Shown here one piece after another: positions 59,227-64,000 of a DNA stretch of 64,000 nt (position 1 is its first letter; each line of letters starts with the position of its first letter). This DNA comes from Candidatus Obscuribacteraceae bacterium (GTDB lineage Bacteria; Cyanobacteriota; Vampirovibrionia; Obscuribacterales; Obscuribacteraceae). A program made the translations under genes and the position numbers. The stretch lies in NCBI GenBank assembly GCA_044226015.1, contig JBGAHS010000002.1, positions 96,001-160,000 on the forward strand, read 5' to 3'. Below the pieces are notes generated by a model. The model had not been told where the DNA came from, made no database searches, and worked only from the letters and a program-made list of their open reading frames with translations.

Positions 59227-59351
59227 CAGTCAGTCGCAATGTTATGAAAGGCATTCTTAGTAATCCTTGATCACGCACGCCAAGTCATTCCTCCGGGGCA
59301 GTAAGAGATGTAACCCATCCTCAACCAAGGAAACTGGGTTTGTCTTCTAGT

Positions 59352-59627
59352 TCAGTTCCAGACCTGATAAGCAGCAAGACTATATGGGCTTTTGAGATTC
59401 GAAACTCTATCGACTAATTCTTCAACACCTTCGAATGACCAGAAGAGTAGATGAAGACCCGCACTCGCCACCATTAAAGCTAGCCCCGGAAGAAGAAAGC
59501 GAAACCGTTTTCGCTCCAGACAAATACAAACGCAAATCAAACCAAATACACAAAGGACACTAGAAGCATCAAAGAGCGTGGCCTTGTGCAAAAGCCAGAG
59601 CTCCTCAAATGAGGACCACCAAGTCAT
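59352..59627 (-). CDS. Small hypothetical membrane protein (2 TM)
   Basis: AAGGAAGG RBS-like sequence upstream; two hydrophobic segments separated by ERKRFR. Confidence 0.5.
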   Translation of the reverse strand: MTWWSSFEELWLLHKATLFDASSVLCVFGLICVCICLERKRFRFLLPGLALMVASAGLHLLFWSFEGVEELVDRVSNLKSPYSLAAYQVWN

Positions 59628-59970
59628 AAAAAGCCTTCCTTACCCTGAATAGCTTTTACATCTACACACCAGAAGGTGCATTTGGACAAAATGAGCGCGG
59701 CCTCATTCGTGTAAATCACACTGGTACCGTTTAAGTTCTGCGGTTTTTCTCCCCGCCAAGTGGCGAAGACTTTCCCGAAAACTCCACCGGTACCGATGCA
59801 GTATTTCTTGAGGGAATAAAACCTGGAACTCTGTCACAACAAAGCAGGAGCCGCTACGAAGATGCCGTGCTCTCAATCAGAAGCCGGCAGGATGGCGCCG
59901 CGCGATCAATTTGATGGCGGCAGGATGCCGTGTTTCCCCAGACAGTAATAAAAGCGCACCCTGGCACACC

Positions 59971-60000
59971 AAACAAAAAGGGTGCCTCGCGGCACCCCTT
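59971..60000 (-). terminator. Intrinsic terminator after rpsA
   Basis: Minus strand GGGTGCC-GCGA-GGCACCC followed by TTTTTGTTT. Confidence 0.85.
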
Positions 60001-60023
60001 CCGATTCTATTTGCGAGTTGGAA

Positions 60024-61172
60024 TTAGCCGCCGATTAAATCAGCAACATCAACTCCGCGAAGACTCAAGCTGATCTTATGTTCTTTTGGAGAGAACTTCT
60101 TGATGATAGCTTTGACTTCCTGACCAACCTGAACGATTTCTTCTGGCTTAACGTTCGGTTGTTCGGACATTTCGACTGTCGGCAACAATGCATCAACGCC
60201 TGGATAAATCTGGACGAATGCGCCGAAGCTTTGAATCTTTCTGACAGTACCGTTGAGAACCTGACCTTCCTGGAATTTGTTTTCGATTTCCTTCCATGGG
60301 TCTGGTTGCATTTGCTTCAAGCTCAAGCTGATGTGACCTTTGTCTCTATCAACTTTGAGAACCTTGGTGCTGACCATATCGCCAACTTTAAGCACATCTG
60401 ATGGATGTGAGACGCGCTCCCACGAGATTTCGGAGATTGGTAGCAAGCCATCCAGACCACCAAGGTCGATGAATGCGCCGAAGTCTGCGATACGCACAAC
60501 TTCGCCAGTAACTTCCTGGTTTGCTTCCAATGTGCTCAAAATCTTCTCGCGCTGAGCAGCCTTTTCTTCCTGAACAGCCAGACGTTGGCTGAGGATGAGC
60601 TTGTTGCGCTTGGTGTCTGTTTCCAAAATCTTCATCGGAATTTCCATTCCGATCAATTCTTCCGGAGTGGTTCCCTTCACGCGCAATTGGCTTGCTGGAA
60701 CGAAACCGCGCAGTCCATAAACATCGACAACAACGCCGCCTTTGACGACAGCTGAGATTTTGGCGCGAATTGTTTCGTCGCTCTTCTTTTGTTGCTCGAG
60801 CTGAACCCAGCCGCGAGCTTGAGCGACGCGCTTCAATGAGAGTGTCAACTGACCATTCTCATTTTCTTCACGCAAAATGTAGAACTCCAGGCGGTCTCCC
60901 ACCTTCACAACATCATCTGGACTGTCGATAGACATGTTGGATAGTTCCTTAATAGGAACGAATCCTTCTGACTTGCCACCGACATCAACCAGAACTCCGT
61001 CGCGCTCGATGCGCACGACGTATCCTGCAACGATGTCTCCTTGTTCGAAATTGTACTTGAAGGATTCTTGCAGGAGTTTCTCAAACTCCGATTTCAGATT
61101 CCCTTCTAACTGCTGTTCTGCCACTGTAAGTGAATTCTCCGTTTGATTTTTTTTTGGCAATACTGATGGCAT
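60024..61172 (-). CDS. rpsA: 30S ribosomal protein S1 (four S1 domains)
   Basis: VDVGGKSEGFVP, GLRGFVPAS, DFGAFIDLGGLDGLL and SFGAFVQI. Start set at the ATG behind GAGGTG. Confidence 0.92.
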   Translation of the reverse strand: MPSVLPKKNQTENSLTVAEQQLEGNLKSEFEKLLQESFKYNFEQGDIVAGYVVRIERDGVLVDVGGKSEGFVPIKELSNMSIDSPDDVVKVGDRLEFYILREENENGQLTLSLKRVAQARGWVQLEQQKKSDETIRAKISAVVKGGVVVDVYGLRGFVPASQLRVKGTTPEELIGMEIPMKILETDTKRNKLILSQRLAVQEEKAAQREKILSTLEANQEVTGEVVRIADFGAFIDLGGLDGLLPISEISWERVSHPSDVLKVGDMVSTKVLKVDRDKGHISLSLKQMQPDPWKEIENKFQEGQVLNGTVRKIQSFGAFVQIYPGVDALLPTVEMSEQPNVKPEEIVQVGQEVKAIIKKFSPKEHKISLSLRGVDVADLIGG

Positions 61173-61338
61173 GGATTTTGGCACCTCATTGGTTTTAAGC
61201 AGCTGAAGGCAAAATGATGAGCGCTTTTAGACACTCAAGCCGCATCCTGCAACATCGGTCTCGACTCTTGTATGGGCTTCCAGAGTGGTTCGGAGCTGCA
61301 AACCTCACGACCCTGGTGCCTGACAAGTTGCCGGGGCT

Positions 61339-61368
61339 AGTGTACCGTGCCCCCAAGCATAGATACAA
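61339..61368 (-). promoter_or_regulatory. Candidate sigma70 promoter for rpsA
   Basis: Minus strand TTGTAT, 18-bp spacer, TACACT, about 165 bp upstream of the start. Confidence 0.4.
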
Positions 61369-61909
61369 GCGATTTCGTTTATCAGGTCTACAGTTTGACA
61401 CAATGCAACAAACGGCAATGAGCATTGTTGAGATGGGCATTTTGACGAGTCTGACAAAACCATGCACCGGCAGTAGGTGCTATTTGGCAGAGCTAGAGCC
61501 AGAATACGCCAGCCTCGCAGCATCCGGCAGGCTGCAATCGAGACAGCGCAAAGTAAGAGAGATAAGCTAGATATCCAGAACGCCTTCTTCACATCTCTTA
61601 TTTTGCAAAAGAAAAGATTCATTTTCTCTAATCCATCAGCTTTCGGAGATGTCATGACCGTTTTCTTGAAACCAAAAGCTGTCTGATGCTACACACAATC
61701 GAACGAACTTGGATATATCGTTTTTCCGACCAGATATACCTTGACGCACAAAAGAGCATCGATCGCGAATAAGCTTGATACACAGGCGTCTTCAGCTTCA
61801 CTTTCATAGAACATAATTCAAAAGTCCTGATAACATTGGCTCTTAGCAGCGCATCGATGAGTGGGAGAGGGCTTCCCGCCAGACTTTCTGTGTTTTCAGA
61901 GGAATATTC

Positions 61910-62467
61910 ATGAACAAAATTGCAAGACTTAGTTTCGTTGCAATCACAGCCATGACGCTAGGGCTGGGATTCGCGTCTGGTGCTAACGCATTGCCAGGCG
62001 TCAAAGCAAAGGGTGCCACATTGAACGATTTGATGTCCAGCAGCACAAATGCATCTCCAGAGATTGCAGCTGCAGAGACTCGTGTCGAACAAGCAAGGGC
62101 ACAAGTAGATATGGCAAATAAGCAAGTAGCCGCTTCCAAGGCTCTGCTGAAAGCAGCTCAGGCAGACCTCAAGGCAGCAACCGCACAGGTAGAAGCTTTG
62201 AAAGCAAGCGCAACCGCACAAGGATTGGTTGACCAAACCGGCATGACTCCGGCAAAAGCACCGCCAGTGTCGATTGCAGCGAAATCCACCGAGAGCAAGA
62301 ATACTGATGTCACGACTCCAGCGGTCGCGCCAGCGCCAGCTCCAGCTCCAGCTCCGACACCAGCTCCAGATGTAACAACAACACCAGTAAATCCAGTTCC
62401 AGCAGGAGATGCTCGCATCAAATCAGAAGGTTCGGATCCTCCGGCCGAGCCAATCATGCTCAGATAG
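61910..62467 (+). CDS. Exported hypothetical protein with Ala-rich coiled coil and Pro-Ala tail
   Basis: GAGGA RBS; signal peptide ending ANA; heptad-like A/Q/K segment; (PA)n. Confidence 0.75.
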   Translation: MNKIARLSFVAITAMTLGLGFASGANALPGVKAKGATLNDLMSSSTNASPEIAAAETRVEQARAQVDMANKQVAASKALLKAAQADLKAATAQVEALKASATAQGLVDQTGMTPAKAPPVSIAAKSTESKNTDVTTPAVAPAPAPAPAPTPAPDVTTTPVNPVPAGDARIKSEGSDPPAEPIMLR

Positions 62468-62490
62468 TTTGAAGCAAAATTCAATCTTCG

Positions 62491-62521
62491 AAACGGGCAG
62501 CTAAGCTGTCCGTTTTTTTTT
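62491..62521 (+). terminator. Intrinsic terminator between convergent genes
   Basis: AAACGGGCAG-CTAAG-CTGTCCGTTT followed by a T run. Confidence 0.8.
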
Positions 62522-63254
62522 ATTCCTCTACTTCATTATTGTGGTCGCCGCCTGACGGACAAATTACGTCGTAAGCAAGGCGAGCAGCCTCTTGCTCAGC
62601 TGACTTTTTGGAATGCCCCACACCCTGCGCAATAGCCTTGTTTGCGACGGAAACGGCAACAATGAAAGTAGGGTCATGCGGTGGACCATCAACTTGCAAT
62701 ACGGAATAGACAGGCACTCCTTGTGAACGCGCCTGAGTTAGCTGCTGAAGTTGCGCTTTGAAATTGTCCTTGACACGATCACGATTCACGGCGTCAGCAC
62801 GGGTAGAAAAATGAGCATTGATAAAGGTTCTGGCAACATCCATTCCTAGATCTAAATAGATTGCACCCAAAATAGCTTCCATAGATCGTGCCAACATCGA
62901 ATCTCGAATTGATACGCCCTTAGCCACTCTAATGAATTCTTGCAGTTGAAAATTCTCGGCAACGGATTGCAAGGTGCGTGCATTTATTAGAACGGCGCGG
63001 ATCTCTGTGAGCCTGCCCTCATCATGTTTTGGATAAAAGTGAACAAGATATTCACTTACGATGAATTTCAAAACAGCATCGCCGAAGAATTCAAGACGCT
63101 CATAATCAGTGTAATGAGGATGATCGTGTGAATATGAACTATGCGTAAGCGCTTCATCAAGAAAATTCAAATTGCTGAACTTGACTTGCATGCGCTCTTC
63201 TAAAACCGCAAGAAGACTGGTTCTTTCACTTGATATCCGGCGTGTTGTTGTCAT
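62520..63254 (-). CDS. rnc: Ribonuclease III
   Basis: ALTHSSY, ERLEFFGDAVL, EAILGAIYLD and the dsRBD (FKAQLQ...GPPHDPTF...GHSKKSAEQEAA). Confidence 0.96.
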   Translation of the reverse strand: MTTTRRISSERTSLLAVLEERMQVKFSNLNFLDEALTHSSYSHDHPHYTDYERLEFFGDAVLKFIVSEYLVHFYPKHDEGRLTEIRAVLINARTLQSVAENFQLQEFIRVAKGVSIRDSMLARSMEAILGAIYLDLGMDVARTFINAHFSTRADAVNRDRVKDNFKAQLQQLTQARSQGVPVYSVLQVDGPPHDPTFIVAVSVANKAIAQGVGHSKKSAEQEAARLAYDVICPSGGDHNNEVEE

Positions 63255-63511
63255 GTCCTCATGATTTCTGTAAGTTGCCAGTCTCAATGTAAAAGTTTAT
63301 TGAGTCCGATGGAACCAGGGATCTAGCCTCTGAGATTAGCGAAGGATAACGCGCTTGTCCACCACTCAGAAATGGCTTTCGCCAATGGCAGCAGAGAGTA
63401 TTATCCCTCTATAATCTATATAAAGCTACTTAGGAAAGTTTTTGAGAGCCCGTGCCTTGCTATTCTTATCACGGCGACGTGTCGTCTGACAGGTCCCGGG
63501 GGAGTAGGCTT

Positions 63512-63913
63512 ATGTATGACTTACAGATAATCCAAATAGGCATTTTTGTTTTAGCCGGTTTTGCCTTGCCAGCAGTAGGAATGATTGGACTATCATTCCT
63601 CTTCCAGTTCATCTTCGGATATGGAAGACCGAACCCGTTGAAGAACCAGCCCTATGAGTGCGGTATGAAACCCATTCAAGAGGCAAACGTTCAATTCGAC
63701 ATTCGTTACTACTTGTATGCTCTGATGTTCATTGTCTTCGACATTGAAATCATATTCATCATTCCTTGGGCGATAGCATCGCGTGGCAAAGCGCTATGCT
63801 CGCAGCCAGAGATTGCAAATCTTGTGGCACCCACAGAAATGACTATTTTCGTTGCCATTCTGGCTGTTGGTCTCGCGTACGCCTGGAAGAAGGGCGCTCT
63901 CAAGTGGGAGTAA
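63512..63913 (+). CDS. ndhC: NADH-quinone oxidoreductase subunit A (NdhC/NuoA)
   Basis: PYECGM, RYYLYALMFIVFDIE and YAWKKGALKWE. Start set at MYDLQI behind GGGAG. Confidence 0.95.
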   Translation: MYDLQIIQIGIFVLAGFALPAVGMIGLSFLFQFIFGYGRPNPLKNQPYECGMKPIQEANVQFDIRYYLYALMFIVFDIEIIFIIPWAIASRGKALCSQPEIANLVAPTEMTIFVAILAVGLAYAWKKGALKWE

Positions 63914-63917
63914 AAAA

Positions 63918-64000
63918 ATGAGCGAAGAAGTAAACGCACCTGTTAAACCTCACATTCCGCCCGAACTTCAAGACACAGTTCAAGTTCATGAACTCGGCGG
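63918..64000 (+). CDS. 5' fragment of next gene, probably NdhK/NuoB (runs off window)
   Basis: ATG 4 bp after the ndhC stop, open to the window end (MSEEVNAPVKPHIPPELQ...). Identity rests on conserved gene order only. Confidence 0.5.
   Translation, partial: MSEEVNAPVKPHIPPELQDTVQVHELG

Noticed and set aside
59605..59833. About 75-codon stop-free frame on the minus strand upstream of the small membrane gene
   Set aside because: No start codon near its 5' end and no recognisable similarity; not supportable as a gene or pseudogene.
61274..61340. tRNA-Cys-like fragments (GAGTGGTT, CTGCAAA)
   Set aside because: No TTC-containing T-loop, no proper anticodon stem and no acceptor stem; better explained as the antisense of the rpsA leader.
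61195..61686. Overlapping 69-118 aa ORFs upstream of rpsA
   Set aside because: Mutually overlapping, no motifs, atypical composition; treated as non-coding.

Overview
Gene-dense bacterial chromosomal window with about 58 CDSs. I saw no rRNA, tRNA, CRISPR array, transposase or prophage. The gene mix points to a non-photosynthetic relative of cyanobacteria, probably Vampirovibrionia/Melainabacteria (Obscuribacterales-like); this is inference. Supporting genes are a SufR divergent from a suf operon, a homologue of the cyanobacterial/plastid At5g03900-type protein, a GH57 branching enzyme, ndhC followed by a probable ndhK, korAB, mqnD and kdsA. Housekeeping blocks: topB; sufC-B-D-Rieske-S-U-T with sufR; GH57-pyk; kdsA; tal/fsa; korAB; a MoxR/DUF58 operon; rpsA; rnc; ndhC. 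Between them are many lineage-type proteins: two double-retropepsin proteases, two matrixins, two other HExxH zincins, several TPR proteins, an ECF sigma / double-zinc-finger anti-sigma / Spy module, and c-di-GMP-related proteins (GAF-HD-GYP, MshEN-like). Best leads: (i) two unexplained, highly structured intergenic segments (about 12430-12630 and 16053-16193) that look like ncRNAs or leaders; (ii) a four-copy S[QK]WG[DEN]LD[AS]IP[AST]PG motif in the disordered linker of a possibly catalytically degenerate HD-GYP protein; (iii) a secreted matrixin with a long Q/N/G/F prion-like repeat region, translationally coupled to a cytoplasmic zincin; (iv) a LolA-like / double aspartic protease / TPR fusion coupled to kdsA; (v) a roughly 980-aa orphan with a possible C-terminal PD-(D/E)xK-like tip. 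All family calls come from motif recognition by eye; no searches were run.
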